Counted from the stretch's first letter, positions 25,837 through 37,025 are shown. The stretch: DNA of 64,000 nucleotides from an uncultured Planctomycetia bacterium (GCA_964634945.1 CAZWMG010000002.1:38661-102660), one strand, 5' to 3'. Translations and numbers: made by a program. Notes: generated by a model from the letters alone, not told the origin.

Positions 25837-27747
25837 ATGAATAAAGTTTTAAAAGGAAAACATTATATCTTCCCTGCTATTATCGCTGTAGCGATTCTCG
25901 TAGGCCTATACCTAACCAGCCTTTACAACTATCTTCTTTTTCACAGCATTGCGGAGATCTTTAGCATCGTTATTGCCGTTACATGTTTTATCCTTATATG
26001 GAATCTCAGGAAATATTTTGACAATCCTTATTTGACTATTGTGGGTATTGCCTACCTCTGTGTTGGGTGTATCGATTTGCTTCATACTCTTGCGTATAAG
26101 GGAATGGGGATATTCCCGGGGATTGAATCTAATCTGGCTACCCAATTGTGGATCCTTGGAAGGTATGTGGAGAGTTTTTCCATTCTTGTCGCTGCTTTAT
26201 TCATTGGTAGAAAGGTGAAATCAAAGGTTGTATTGGTTATCTATGTCGCGGTAACCGGCGTTCTGTTAAGTTCAATTTTTGTCTGGAAGATATTCCCTGT
26301 CTGTTATAGTGAAGGGGTAGGGCTTACCCCTTTTAAAGTAGTTAGTGAGTACATTATTTCTTGTGTTCTCATTGGAGCGCTTCTTTTGCTAATGAGGAAG
26401 CGCGAAGCATTAGAAAAAAATATTGCCTGGTTTTTTGAAGCAGCAATCGTAACAACAATTTTATCAGAGCTCGCATTTACTTTATATAAAGGCGTCTATG
26501 GGGGTTTCAATTTTTTAGGACATATCTTGAAGATTATCTCATTTTATTTTATTTATAGAGCTATTGTTAAACTCGGAATAAAACAACCATTCGCTTTATT
26601 TCTTAGAAAGCAAAAAGAAGAAGAGGAAAATAAACTGAGTAATGCCGAACAGCGTTACAGGACCGTGGCTGACTTCACCTATGATTGGGAGTGGTGGCAG
26701 GCTCCGGATGGTAAATATATTTATATCTCCCCTTCTTGCAAGAGAATAACCGGTTATACGCAAAATGAGTTTATTGACAATTTGCACCTTTTTAAAGATA
26801 TTATTGTGCCGCAAGATCGGGAAATATGGAATAATCATCATGCAGAATCGAAAGTAAAGTATAAACCGGGAGAAATCCAGTTTCGCATAAGGAAGAAGAA
26901 CGGAAGTGTTGTGTGGCTTGAGCATGTATGCCAATCGGTAACAAATTATAAGGGCGTGTTTTTAGGCTTCCGCGCTTCAAATCGCGATATTACTCAGCGC
27001 AAAAAAGCGGAAGAAGATGCCCTTAGCTTAAAAGCTGAACTGATACATATAACGCGGGCAATTTCCCTGGGAGCGCTTAGTTCATCTCTCGCTCACGAAC
27101 TTAACCAACCGCTTACCGCTATTCTTAGCAATGCCCAGGCAGCGCAACGATTCTTAAACAGAGCAAATCCCGACCTTGACGAAGTAGCCGAAAGCCTTGA
27201 AGACATTGTCAAAGATGATAGGCTGGCCGCTGAAATCATCTGCAAGCTGAGAGACCTTACAAAAAAGAAAAAAATAGAATTATCCAAATGTGATCTAAAA
27301 GGTACTGTTGAAGAAGTCTTGAGACTGGTAAAAGGCGACATGCTCCTTAAGAGCATCCAATTAAAAGTTTTATTTGAGGATAACGCAAAGAACGTATTAT
27401 GTGATACTGTTCAGATTCAGCAGGTAATACTGAATCTGATAACTAATGCATCCGAGGGCCTATTGGCTATGGATCCTCATAAACGTAAGATGGTGATCAA
27501 GATCGCCGAGACGAATGCCGATGAAGTTGTAGTAAGCGTCTCTGACAACGGCCAAGGAATAGATAAGGAAAATTCAGCGAAAATATTTGAAATGTTTTAT
27601 ACAACCAAACCAGGCGGCCTTGGTATGGGGTTGCCAATTTGCAAATCCATTATCGAATCACATGGAGGACGAATTTGGGCTGAACATAATGATGAAACCG
27701 GCGCGACGTTCGCTTTCACCTTACCGTTATGCAAAGAGGGGCCTTGA
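25837..27747 (+). CDS. MASE3-PAS sensor histidine kinase (FixL-like)
   Basis: YNYLLFHSIAE (MASE3), PAS (YISPSCKRITGY), LAHELNQPL, QQVILNL, DNGQG, GLGMGL. Confidence 0.92.
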   Translation: MNKVLKGKHYIFPAIIAVAILVGLYLTSLYNYLLFHSIAEIFSIVIAVTCFILIWNLRKYFDNPYLTIVGIAYLCVGCIDLLHTLAYKGMGIFPGIESNLATQLWILGRYVESFSILVAALFIGRKVKSKVVLVIYVAVTGVLLSSIFVWKIFPVCYSEGVGLTPFKVVSEYIISCVLIGALLLLMRKREALEKNIAWFFEAAIVTTILSELAFTLYKGVYGGFNFLGHILKIISFYFIYRAIVKLGIKQPFALFLRKQKEEEENKLSNAEQRYRTVADFTYDWEWWQAPDGKYIYISPSCKRITGYTQNEFIDNLHLFKDIIVPQDREIWNNHHAESKVKYKPGEIQFRIRKKNGSVVWLEHVCQSVTNYKGVFLGFRASNRDITQRKKAEEDALSLKAELIHITRAISLGALSSSLAHELNQPLTAILSNAQAAQRFLNRANPDLDEVAESLEDIVKDDRLAAEIICKLRDLTKKKKIELSKCDLKGTVEEVLRLVKGDMLLKSIQLKVLFEDNAKNVLCDTVQIQQVILNLITNASEGLLAMDPHKRKMVIKIAETNADEVVVSVSDNGQGIDKENSAKIFEMFYTTKPGGLGMGLPICKSIIESHGGRIWAEHNDETGATFAFTLPLCKEGP

Positions 27748-27753
27748 TTAAAA

Positions 27754-28377
27754 ATGCCTTATCCTATAGTATATATTGTTGACGACGATGAGTCTGTTCG
27801 TAAAAGCCTTAATAGGCTTATAAAGTCTGCAGGATTACAGACAGAAGTTTTTTCCTGTTCCGAAGAATTTCTGAGAGCTAAAAAGCATAGAAGGCCGGCT
27901 TGCCTCATCCTTGATGTGCGCATGCCCGGATTAACAGGTATTGATTTACAGAATGAACTGAAAAAGCGATCTATCATTTTACCCATAGTATTTATTACCG
28001 GTCATGGCAATATTCCGATGAGTGTTGCGGCTATAAAAGAGGGTGCGGTTGATTTCTTGCAGAAACCCTTTGATGATAAGGAATTACTTAACGCAATCGG
28101 TCAAGCCATTGATCGTGACAGCATGGCGCTAAAAGAAGAAATAGAAAAAAGAAGAATAAAACACTTAACCTCCTCACTTACCCCGCGTGAGCATGAGGTA
28201 TTACAATGGGTAATAACCGGAATGCTTAATAAACAAATCGCCGGCAAACTGGGGACCACTGAAAAGACAGTTAAAGTTCATCGTGGCCGTGTTATGCATA
28301 AAATGAAAGTTGTATCCGTAGCCCAACTTGTTCGGCTTACCCAAAAGTGCGGCATCTCACCTGCTAAAAAGACCTGA
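27754..28377 (+). CDS. FixJ-family response regulator (REC + LuxR HTH)
   Basis: IVDDD, LDVRMP, FLQKPF, LTPRE, NKQIA, TVKVHRGRVM. Confidence 0.93.
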   Translation: MPYPIVYIVDDDESVRKSLNRLIKSAGLQTEVFSCSEEFLRAKKHRRPACLILDVRMPGLTGIDLQNELKKRSIILPIVFITGHGNIPMSVAAIKEGAVDFLQKPFDDKELLNAIGQAIDRDSMALKEEIEKRRIKHLTSSLTPREHEVLQWVITGMLNKQIAGKLGTTEKTVKVHRGRVMHKMKVVSVAQLVRLTQKCGISPAKKT

Positions 28378-28385
28378 TCCCCCGT

Positions 28386-28403
28386 ATTGGACCAAGGTCC
28401 AAT
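28386..28403. promoter_or_regulatory. Palindrome, probable response-regulator binding site
   Basis: ATTGGACC-AA-GGTCCAAT. Confidence 0.55.
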
Positions 28404-28437
28404 TTACATAAATCCCAGTTTTTGATATTGTCCTTCC

Positions 28438-28830
28438 ATGAATCCTATGATTTATCCTACAGTTTATATCGTTGATGACGACAGCTCCGTAAGAAGTTCC
28501 CTTAAGCACCTTATGAAATCGGCAGGGTATTCTGCTTATGCATTTGAATCTGCGCAAAGTTTTTTGGATTCGGTTCCTTCCGATAGCGCAGGATGTCTTA
28601 TTCTGGATATCCGTATGCCGGAAATGAACGGTTTTGAGCTTCAAGAGAAATTGCGCGAGCTACATTATCATTTGCATAGCATCTTTATTACAGCTCATGC
28701 CTGTGAGGGAGATCGAAAATATGCCATGGACCATGGAGCGATCGGTTTTTTACAGAAGCCATTCAATGATTTATCCTTGTTCGAATTGATCAATGCCGGC
28801 GCGGAAAAAGATAAGGAAAATGAAAGATGA
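28438..28830 (+). CDS. Single-domain response regulator
   Basis: IVDDD, LDIRMP, FITAH, FLQKPF. Confidence 0.9.
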   Translation: MNPMIYPTVYIVDDDSSVRSSLKHLMKSAGYSAYAFESAQSFLDSVPSDSAGCLILDIRMPEMNGFELQEKLRELHYHLHSIFITAHACEGDRKYAMDHGAIGFLQKPFNDLSLFELINAGAEKDKENER

Positions 28831-29212
28831 AAACAGGAACTCATTCATATGCTCTGCACAGTGAAACACGAGAACGCCGAACGTCCTCTATTATAAATCT
28901 TTTACGGGAGCAACCCAGATGGACATGCAGGAGGATACGGCGGCCTTGGAGATTTATATGTAAGTCCTCTATGGCTTTCCTGGCGAGACCAGTGCTATAT
29001 GATACAGGAATTAACTATAGTTTTTATGCACCGACAGGGTGTAATGGATAATTATTTTATGCGCCTTTAAGCGTGGAGTGGTGTATACAAGGGGGGTGAT
29101 AAATGACAATAGGGTGACTATGAAAAAAGTTGTAGTTTTGACGCATTAATGGTTTTAGTAAAAGGCGTCAGATTTTAAATTATTTTGATTGTTTAACTAG
29201 GAGGTATAGAAA

Positions 29213-29956
29213 ATGAACAGATTTACACAAGTATTTATAGTGTCAGTTGTAGGATTTTTTAGCGTAATCGGTGCCGCTAACGCGGATAACTACGTTTATA
29301 AGCAAACCTTTATGCCGAAAGAAAAGGTAGAGATAAATCTTGCAAAAACAGCTATGTTCGTTACGGATCCTCAAAACGATTTTTTATCAGAAGAAAGTCC
29401 TGCCTGGGGGTTAGTCGGACCGACTGTTATAAGAAATAAAGTAGTCGAAAAAGAAAAGACGTTAAAAGCACTCGCAAAAAAGATAGGAATCCCTGTTTTT
29501 TACTCTACTCATATGTATACACAAAAAGAGCTTAAGCAATGGCCGACTATGCCTCTTAACGGTATCGACAAGGTGATGTTCGAGAACAAGATGTTTGTGC
29601 AAGGAACCTGGGGGCATGATTATCATCCTGAACTAAGACCAGACAGCAATACCGTGGTTATGAATCCGCATAAAGGGCTCAGTAACTTTTGGACCGGAGA
29701 TGCCGCCCTTCAGTTAAGGATGTTCGGAATCGAAACCATCATTCTCTACGGCATGTCAGCGAATATGTGCGTGGAGTCTCACGCTCGGGATGCGATTGAA
29801 AATGGTTTTGAAGTTATTATCGTAGCTGACGCCACTGCAGCAGCAGGAGATGCTGCGTATAAGGCGGCTCTAACCAACTATGAATTTCTGGCTCATGAGG
29901 TAGTGACCACAGATCAAATTATAAAAAGACTAAAAAAAGTAAAATGGGGAAAATAG
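29213..29956 (+). CDS. Exported cysteine hydrolase / isochorismatase family
   Basis: TDPQNDF, HKGLSNF, SANMCVESHAR; signal peptide ending ANA. Confidence 0.88.
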   Translation: MNRFTQVFIVSVVGFFSVIGAANADNYVYKQTFMPKEKVEINLAKTAMFVTDPQNDFLSEESPAWGLVGPTVIRNKVVEKEKTLKALAKKIGIPVFYSTHMYTQKELKQWPTMPLNGIDKVMFENKMFVQGTWGHDYHPELRPDSNTVVMNPHKGLSNFWTGDAALQLRMFGIETIILYGMSANMCVESHARDAIENGFEVIIVADATAAAGDAAYKAALTNYEFLAHEVVTTDQIIKRLKKVKWGK

Positions 29957-30271
29957 TCTGAAGTGGGCCTCATTCTTAGGTTGCCGAGCACTGTTTCATT
30001 ATTATGCGCAGAGTTTTTGGGAAACCCTCAATGAAGCGGCATAACTATCGGGGGCAGGCCAATTACATGAGGATTTCATATGCGCTAAGAGGCATATATA
30101 GTTATTTGTAGCTATATGAAAGATATAGAGGCGTGAGAGTTGAGGGGAGAATCAAACGTAAGCAGAGAAGCGAAGAAGCCTTTGAAAATTCTTATGGCTA
30201 GACGTATCCTTTGAGTGTGATATGGACTTGCCGCGGTTTCAGGCAAAGCGTAAAAATGAAGAGTAGCAGCT

Positions 30272-30640
30272 ATGAGAATAGCGCTCCTTGTAGGCTCAAA
30301 AATCGACCTTAATCTTATCAGTAGGGGGAGTTTTTTATTTTTAATATTGCGTAATCACTTTGATGCAGGAGGAAACAGCGTCTTGGTTAAAACTAATTAC
30401 TTGGTAATACAGCCGGCCATTAATATAAGCTTGCCCAAAGACTGGTTTATGGCCATTGCTCCGGAGATGAAGGTTAAGTAGGAGGATCACAATCGTTGGT
30501 TTTTTTTCATTTGATATAATGGCAGGAAAGATGTTTAACAGGACAACGATTATTTTAGCCGAGTGCAAGACGCCGCTGCTGATAAAAACTACAAATTCTA
30601 CGACCATGAAAACGAAGTACGCATAGGATTTTTCTTTTAG
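30272..30640 (+). pseudogene. Degraded remnant of a probable outer-membrane beta-barrel protein
   Basis: LVIQPAINISLPKDW...*EDHNRWFF...AGKMF, then a frameshifted tail ENEVRIGFFF*. Confidence 0.5.
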
Positions 30641-30922
30641 ATTAAATTTATAGTTACATGGTATTTAAAAAATGAAGACAAGATGAGGATGGCAGCAAAA
30701 AAATGTTTGCTTTACCTGTCATTATTATATTCTGCATGAATATCGGATTTATATGCCTTGCCCAGGTAGAAAAATGCTCCAGAATCACGTTATATGGGTG
30801 TTTTGGTGAAACTTTGGCCAAACTGGTTCTTAGCTAGGCCACAGCTTAGGAGATTGTAAAAAGATCGGTATGAAAAGGGCATAGCCAAGGAGGCTGATTA
30901 CCTGATAGAAAGGAGATATAAA

Positions 30923-32431
30923 ATGAAACGAATAGAGAAAAAAATATTGAGCATCATAGCTGTAGTGATATTCCTTGAGGTATCAATATGTGCTGCGTTA
31001 CCGAAGATGAAAATGACTACGCTATTGCCGGAATCGATTCTTACGCCAGACAAGGTTGAGACCAGCATTGGAACGCTGGAATATTTTGACGGATTCCCAA
31101 CGGAAGCAACCACGCAGAAGTGCTATGACTATCTTGATACGATGCGTGCGGTGGATGTATTTTTGAACACTATTCCGGTTGCCTCAATGATAGGGCTGCA
31201 CGAGGGCTTTAAGTCAGTTGGCGTTACCGGTAATACCATCGGGATTTTTGAGGATTTAATGGATTCAAAATCTCTGTTTCTTACTCCAAACACAGAAAGC
31301 ATTTATTCCGGTGGATGGCTCGATTTGTCCAAAGGCCCTGTCGTCGTTGAGAGCCCGCCAAACACGCTGGGCATTGTTGATGATATGTGGTTTCGCTATG
31401 TTGCTGATATGGGTAATGCCGGACCGGATCAAGGCAGGGGCGGAAAGTTTCTATTTATTGGCCCTGATTATGACGGACCGATTCCTTCTATGGGTTTTCA
31501 TGTTTTTCGGTCACAGACGAATAACAATATTCTCCTGTGGAGAGGATTTTTGGTAGACGGTGACCCGAGACCCGGCGTAGAAAACATCAAAAAAAATGCG
31601 AGAATTTATCCGCTAGCAGAAATACAGAACCCGCCGAAACAAAAATTCATTAATCTATCAGGCAAGTATTTTAACACGATACATGCCAACGATTATACAT
31701 TTTTTGAGGAAGTAAATACCGCAATTCAGGAAGAGCCGGCTGATTCAGGCGACCCAGAGCTGCTGGGACAGTTGGCCTCGATAGGGATTAAAAAAGGGGT
31801 GGAATTCAAACCGGATAATCGGATGAAGAAAATCCTGTCTGATGCGGCTGCGATTGGAAACAGTATAGCCCGGACTATTATATTTGATACCCGTAACAAG
31901 GAATTCTATCTCTACAAGAACAGCGCATGGAAGACTCCATTTGGAGGAGGCAGCCACCTTTTTTTAGATAACCATGCGCGATCATTGGATGCACGCACCT
32001 TGTTTTTTTATTATGCTACGATGATTACCCCGGCTATGACGGTAAAGATGGTGGGAAACGGCTCCGCGTATGCTGGTGCAACGGTTGACTTTGAAGGCAA
32101 TCACCTGGATGGCAGTAAAAACTACAAACTTACATTGCCGAAAAACGTACCCTCAAAAGATTTTTGGTCGATCGTGGTTTATGATAACCAGACGCGCTCG
32201 ATGTTGCAGACAGACTATCAGTTCCCCAGTGTGAACAGCCAGCGTGGTCTGCAGGTCAATAAAGATGGCACGATTGATATTTATTTTGGTCCCAAGGCAC
32301 CTAAAGGCAAGGCAAGTAACTGGATTCAAACAGTTCCGGGCAAAGGATGGAGTCTGATTTTTCGTCTCTATGGCCCCTTAGAACCTTGGTTTGATAAAAC
32401 GTGGCGGCCGGGAGAGATCGAACTCAATTAA
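30923..32431 (+). CDS. DUF1254/DUF1214 exported protein
   Basis: LTPNTESIY, GPDQGRGGKFL, LDGSKNYKL, FWSIVVYD, FRLYGP. Confidence 0.9.
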   Translation: MKRIEKKILSIIAVVIFLEVSICAALPKMKMTTLLPESILTPDKVETSIGTLEYFDGFPTEATTQKCYDYLDTMRAVDVFLNTIPVASMIGLHEGFKSVGVTGNTIGIFEDLMDSKSLFLTPNTESIYSGGWLDLSKGPVVVESPPNTLGIVDDMWFRYVADMGNAGPDQGRGGKFLFIGPDYDGPIPSMGFHVFRSQTNNNILLWRGFLVDGDPRPGVENIKKNARIYPLAEIQNPPKQKFINLSGKYFNTIHANDYTFFEEVNTAIQEEPADSGDPELLGQLASIGIKKGVEFKPDNRMKKILSDAAAIGNSIARTIIFDTRNKEFYLYKNSAWKTPFGGGSHLFLDNHARSLDARTLFFYYATMITPAMTVKMVGNGSAYAGATVDFEGNHLDGSKNYKLTLPKNVPSKDFWSIVVYDNQTRSMLQTDYQFPSVNSQRGLQVNKDGTIDIYFGPKAPKGKASNWIQTVPGKGWSLIFRLYGPLEPWFDKTWRPGEIELN

Positions 32432-32550
32432 TATAAACTATATGTTATTAAATCATTTACGAGGATTCTTTTTAAGAGTATGTATGTGCATAATAAGGAA
32501 ATTGTGAAAGTGGAGATAAGCCAGCCTTGAAAAACGTGTTATGAGGAATA

Positions 32551-33795
32551 ATGGAAATTGTGGGAAACGAATTTCGCGGGAAATTACTTCATATTTTATC
32601 GGGCGCTATCATTATGTTTTTCTGCTCCGGGTGCGCTACGATAAGGCATCCGGTCCCGCCTGAAATGATAGGCATGGTTCGGGTTAATGATATGTCAGAT
32701 ATACGCATAATGAGGGGTATGGTGGATCCGGAGCTCAGAAAGAGCGCTATACGGTCTCTTGAAGAAGAGGACAAAGATGACTACCCGGTCGATTCTGAAG
32801 GCAGGCGGGTCTATCCTATGCTCTCTATCTCCGGAGGCGCGGCTAACGGCGCTTATGGCGCGGGACTCTTAAAAGGCTGGTCGGAAGAAGGCACCCGTCC
32901 AAAATTCAAGGCCGTTACAGGCGTTTCAACAGGCGCAATTATTGCGCCGCTCGTATTTCTAGGCAAAGAGTACGATGACATGATAGAAGAATTATATACG
33001 ACCATGTCGACAAAAAATGTCATGAAGATGAAGGGGGTGTTCGATATTTTGTTTGGGAATTCCTTTGCCAGCAGCAGGCCCCTTAAGAAACTGCTTGAGA
33101 AGTATATTACGCCCGATATATTGGAAAAAATAGCTTATGAGCATAAGCACGGACGCAGGCTATATGCAGGCACGACGTATCTGGATGCCCAGAGATTTGT
33201 CGTATGGGATATGGGGGCAATTGCATCAAGAGGCGACGCGAAACTTTTTAGCAGTGTCATCCTGGCATCCGCCTCAATCCCGATGGTGTTCCCGCCGGTT
33301 TTTATTGACGTGGAAAAAGGCGGTATAGAGTACGATGAGATGCACGTCGACGGAGGCACGATAACGCAGGTATTTACGCTTTACGGGATACTTGAAGGCA
33401 GCGAAGATTATGCCAAAGAGATCGGGGTCGACATATCAAAGATAAAAGGCAAGTATTACATAATACGTAACGGCTATGTTAATCCCGGCTACAAAGTAGT
33501 CAAGGATGATCTGGCGTCGATAACCGGCCAGATGTTCGATACTATGATTAATGCCCAGGGGGTTGGAGATACGTACAGGATATATACCCACATGAAAGAA
33601 AGAGGCAATGATTATAATCTCGCTTTTATACCGAAAGAGTTCAGGCCGGAAAAAAAAGAAGAATTTGATCCCCGGCAGATGAGAAAACTGTTTGACAGAG
33701 GTTATCAAGACGCTGTTAACGGTTATAAATGGTTGAAGATGCCTCCCGGACTGCGGGACAGTGTCGAGGAAAGGCCAAATAGTAATAGTATCTGA
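32551..33795 (+). CDS. Patatin-like phospholipase (probable lipoprotein)
   Basis: SGGAANGAYGAG, GVSTG, ASASIP, VDGG; lipobox-like CSGC. Confidence 0.9.
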   Translation: MEIVGNEFRGKLLHILSGAIIMFFCSGCATIRHPVPPEMIGMVRVNDMSDIRIMRGMVDPELRKSAIRSLEEEDKDDYPVDSEGRRVYPMLSISGGAANGAYGAGLLKGWSEEGTRPKFKAVTGVSTGAIIAPLVFLGKEYDDMIEELYTTMSTKNVMKMKGVFDILFGNSFASSRPLKKLLEKYITPDILEKIAYEHKHGRRLYAGTTYLDAQRFVVWDMGAIASRGDAKLFSSVILASASIPMVFPPVFIDVEKGGIEYDEMHVDGGTITQVFTLYGILEGSEDYAKEIGVDISKIKGKYYIIRNGYVNPGYKVVKDDLASITGQMFDTMINAQGVGDTYRIYTHMKERGNDYNLAFIPKEFRPEKKEEFDPRQMRKLFDRGYQDAVNGYKWLKMPPGLRDSVEERPNSNSI

Positions 33796-34114
33796 ATTTT
33801 CTTTTAGTATTTATAGAATCAAAGGAGGGTAGTTATAAAAACCAAAACAATCCAAGTTTTCGTTCCCACACTGATATTGATTCAGGTTTTAGTGTTTGTC
33901 TGTACGGCTGGTGCTGAAACATCTTCCAAATCCGCTGCTGCCTGCTTTGCCTCTGTCAGCCAAGGAGGCGAAGAAGATTAAGATTCCGAAATCAGCCGCT
34001 TACTAAAGGTAGGGAGTCGTTATCCTGAGAGAGTTTGGTTGAGTTGGAGAAAAGAAGTTGTCGATAAGTGGTTTTATTGAAAAAGAAGTAACTGAAAAAA
34101 ATGGAAAGGAGGTC

Positions 34115-34495
34115 ATGATGAATATTTTTAGGGTTCGAAATTCACAAAAAACGTGTCTTCTTGTGTGTTTTGCGCTTGCGCTTGTTTTTGCATTTAATGG
34201 AAACGCAGAAGCGCGGAGGGGTGAACAGCACACTGTTTTGAGAGGGGCAGCCGGAGGAGCTCTTAGCGGCGCTGTTATGGGTAAGCTGAGTGGTGGTAAG
34301 GCTGGCAAGGGAGCCGCTTGGGGAGCCGGACTGGGAGCCGTAAGAGGTGTTGTAGAGAGAGACAGAATCCAGCAGGAAGAGCGCCTACGTGAATTAGAGC
34401 TCAAGGAAGCATACGAGAAAGGAAGACAGCAGGGGAAAAGAGTTGATTATAGAAATGAAAGTGATAGAAGATATATGGACGAAGGTTCATATTGA
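34115..34495 (+). CDS. Exported glycine-zipper protein
   Basis: RBS AGGAGG; GAAGGALSGAVMG...GAAWGAGLGA. Confidence 0.75.
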   Translation: MMNIFRVRNSQKTCLLVCFALALVFAFNGNAEARRGEQHTVLRGAAGGALSGAVMGKLSGGKAGKGAAWGAGLGAVRGVVERDRIQQEERLRELELKEAYEKGRQQGKRVDYRNESDRRYMDEGSY

Positions 34496-34525
34496 TTTGA
34501 AATAGATCAAAAACGGAGGAGTGTT

Positions 34526-35035
34526 ATGAAAAAAATATTACTTTTAATCGCTGTAATGTCAATGGTCCTTTTCTCGTCTTTTTCTTTTGCTTTCGATCAA
34601 GCGGCATACTGGATTACCTATATGCCGGATGGAAACAGCATTTTTTCGATTATGCTTACCGATGAATGGGAAATAACCCTTGACGGAGAAAAAATGACGG
34701 GGATTTCACAGGATGGCCTTGTGTGGTTCACTATGGGGTATCTTGAGAATTATAATAATCTGGAAGAAGCTGTCAGTTATGCCTCGGAGAAACTGAGCAG
34801 CCGTCTCACGGACCTTAAGTTGATCAGTGCGAGTAAAACCGAAATTAACGACATGCCCGCAATAGTGTTTGAAGGTACCGGAAAAGAAGAAGGGAAAGAT
34901 GTGATTTACCTTGCAGCCTTGTTTAAGACGTATGAAAATAAAATAGGCGGCATAGCTTTTGTTGGCGATCCTATCGCGAAGCAATTACACAATCAAGATG
35001 TTGTGGAGATGCTGGATTCCCTGATTTCTGCGTAA
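34526..35035 (+). CDS. Exported hypothetical protein
   Basis: Signal peptide ending SFA. Confidence 0.65.
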   Translation: MKKILLLIAVMSMVLFSSFSFAFDQAAYWITYMPDGNSIFSIMLTDEWEITLDGEKMTGISQDGLVWFTMGYLENYNNLEEAVSYASEKLSSRLTDLKLISASKTEINDMPAIVFEGTGKEEGKDVIYLAALFKTYENKIGGIAFVGDPIAKQLHNQDVVEMLDSLISA

Positions 35036-35097
35036 ATTGCGGAGTAGAATAAATATATTATAATGGTATTTTTTATTTCAACAAAAAAAAGGAGGTA

Positions 35098-35661
35098 ATG
35101 GTGAAGAATTTTTTTAGCGTTAAAGGGGCTATTATAGTTATGGCTATAGCGGTTGTATTTTTGGTGGGAACGGCCGATGCTTTTGCTGACAGGGCATCGA
35201 GGATTGAGAGAGAGGCAATATCGGCACTTAAAGAGCTCTATAAAACTTCACCTAAAGCAAAAGAGCTCGGCGAAGAGGCCAATGGAATTCTAGTTTTCCC
35301 AAAAATGATGAAGGGTGGTTTCATCTTTGGCTTACAGTCCGGACAGGGCGCTTTGATTAAAGGTGGAGTAGTGGATAGCTTCTATAAAAGTACCGCAGTG
35401 TCTTTTGGTTTGCAGGCCGGAATAAAACAGTTTGGTTACGTTATTTTCTTTATGAGCGAAAAAAGTCTGGACTATCTTGACCGTACAGATGGATTCGAGC
35501 TGGGCACCGCACCAAGCCTTGTTGTAGTTGATGCCGGAATTGCAAGAACATTGAGCACAACATCAATACAAAAAGGTATTTATGCCTTTTTCTTCAGCAA
35601 AAAAGGATTGATGGCAGGACTTGGAGTCCAGGGAACAAAGGTAACAAAGCTTAATCTGTAA
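35098..35661 (+). CDS. YSC84/SYLF lipid-binding domain protein
   Basis: GILVFP...KGGFIFG...GQGAL, SFGLQAG, GLMAGLGVQGTK. Confidence 0.85.
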   Translation: MVKNFFSVKGAIIVMAIAVVFLVGTADAFADRASRIEREAISALKELYKTSPKAKELGEEANGILVFPKMMKGGFIFGLQSGQGALIKGGVVDSFYKSTAVSFGLQAGIKQFGYVIFFMSEKSLDYLDRTDGFELGTAPSLVVVDAGIARTLSTTSIQKGIYAFFFSKKGLMAGLGVQGTKVTKLNL

Positions 35662-35680
35662 TACTCTAGAAAAAGAAAAC

Positions 35681-35734
35681 CAATGTAAAGCTATGCTTTA
35701 AAATTATCATTTTTTAGAGCATAGCTTTACATTG
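35681..35734. terminator. Long hairpin after SYLF gene
   Basis: CAATGTAAAGCTATGCT/AGCATAGCTTTACATTG 17-bp perfect stem, extendable. Confidence 0.6.
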
Positions 35735-35998
35735 CATAGGCTATAAAAAATCGAAGCAGGGCCTCTTCGAAATGAACCCAGACGATTTACGTTATTTACC
35801 AAGAAGGAGCGGACGCAGTCTAAGCAAGAGTATTTCTTACATAACGTGTTGATTTTAATAAAATAACATAAAGCGTCTAGTTGTGTTCGCCACTTAATTG
35901 TCCCGTGTATCAGTAAAATTTTATGTTTAGAAACTTACACAATCTATGGTATAATCGGTTTTTAAAAATCTGACTATTAAAAAGAGAGGAGTTACAAT

Positions 35999-36499
35999 AT
36001 GTCAACGGTTGATAATCTCCAAGAGGCTTTCGCGGGAGAGAGCCAAGCTAATCGTAAGTATTTAGCGTTCGCAAAACAAGCAGAGGTCGATGGAAAACCA
36101 CAGGTAGCAAAACTCTTTCGTGCAGCAGCGGAAGCAGAGGCCGTTCACGCACATGCTCACCTTCGCGCAATGGGTGGCGTTGCAACTACGCAAGATAATG
36201 TGAAAGCTGCTATTGAAGGTGAAGGACATGAGTTTAATATAATGTACCCAGATTTTATAGAGGAAGCGAAGAAGGAGAATAATCAGGCAGCACTAAGGTC
36301 GTTTGAGTTCGCGATAGCGGTAGAAAAAATACATTATGACCTATATAGCAAAGCAGCAGAGGCGCTTAACTCAGGCAAGGACCTAGAAGCCGTTAAGATA
36401 TTCGTATGCCCTGTCTGTGGTAATACGGTCTTAGAGGCAGCCCCGGATAAATGCCCTATTTGCGGTGTCCCAGGCACAAAATTCAGTGAAATAAATTAG
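35999..36499 (+). CDS. rbr: Rubrerythrin
   Basis: AFAGESQANRKY, EAVHA, EKIH, CPVCG...CPICG. Confidence 0.95.
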   Translation: MSTVDNLQEAFAGESQANRKYLAFAKQAEVDGKPQVAKLFRAAAEAEAVHAHAHLRAMGGVATTQDNVKAAIEGEGHEFNIMYPDFIEEAKKENNQAALRSFEFAIAVEKIHYDLYSKAAEALNSGKDLEAVKIFVCPVCGNTVLEAAPDKCPICGVPGTKFSEIN

Positions 36500-36684
36500 C
36501 AATAAACATAAAACCTAAAATCATTATTCTGCACAAAAGAGTTCGGAAGAGACACCTAATCTATCGGTGTTACTTTGACCGACTTTCCTTATTAGGGTTT
36601 TTTATCTGCCCAGATCGATTAAATATCCTATAAATCAGAGCAAGCGGCATTTAGAGTAAAAAGAAGATTATTTTTACTTACCCC

Positions 36685-36714
36685 TTGACATACCATAGGG
36701 GGGTATGGTATACT
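36685..36714 (+). promoter_or_regulatory. Promoter with CsoR-type operator
   Basis: TTGACA...TATACT with TACCATA-GGGGGG-TATGGTA (36691-36710) in the spacer. Confidence 0.85.
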
Positions 36715-36735
36715 TTAGACAAAAGGGAGGAAAAG

Positions 36736-37008
36736 ATGAAAAAATATCCTGAGCATAAAGATAATATCGTCTCATTAAGGCGTGTCGAAGGACAGATTAG
36801 AGGCATTCAGAAGATGGTAGAGGAAGATAAGTATTGTGTTGATATACTGACGCAGATCCAATCAGTAGAAGCAGCGTTAAAAAGAGTAGAAAGGCATATT
36901 TTGCAAAGACATATAGAAAACTGCGTTGTTAACGCGGTTAAGGGGAAATCAGCGATAGAAAAAGATAAAAAACTAAAAGAGGTTTTCCAGTTGCTGAAAA
37001 AAATGTAA
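36736..37008 (+). CDS. csoR: CsoR/RcnR-family metal-sensing repressor
   Basis: LRRVEGQIRGIQKM, YCVDILTQ, HIENC; RBS GGAGG before ATG 36736. Confidence 0.9.
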   Translation: MKKYPEHKDNIVSLRRVEGQIRGIQKMVEEDKYCVDILTQIQSVEAALKRVERHILQRHIENCVVNAVKGKSAIEKDKKLKEVFQLLKKM

Positions 37009-37025
37009 AAAAAGGAGGTATTGTA

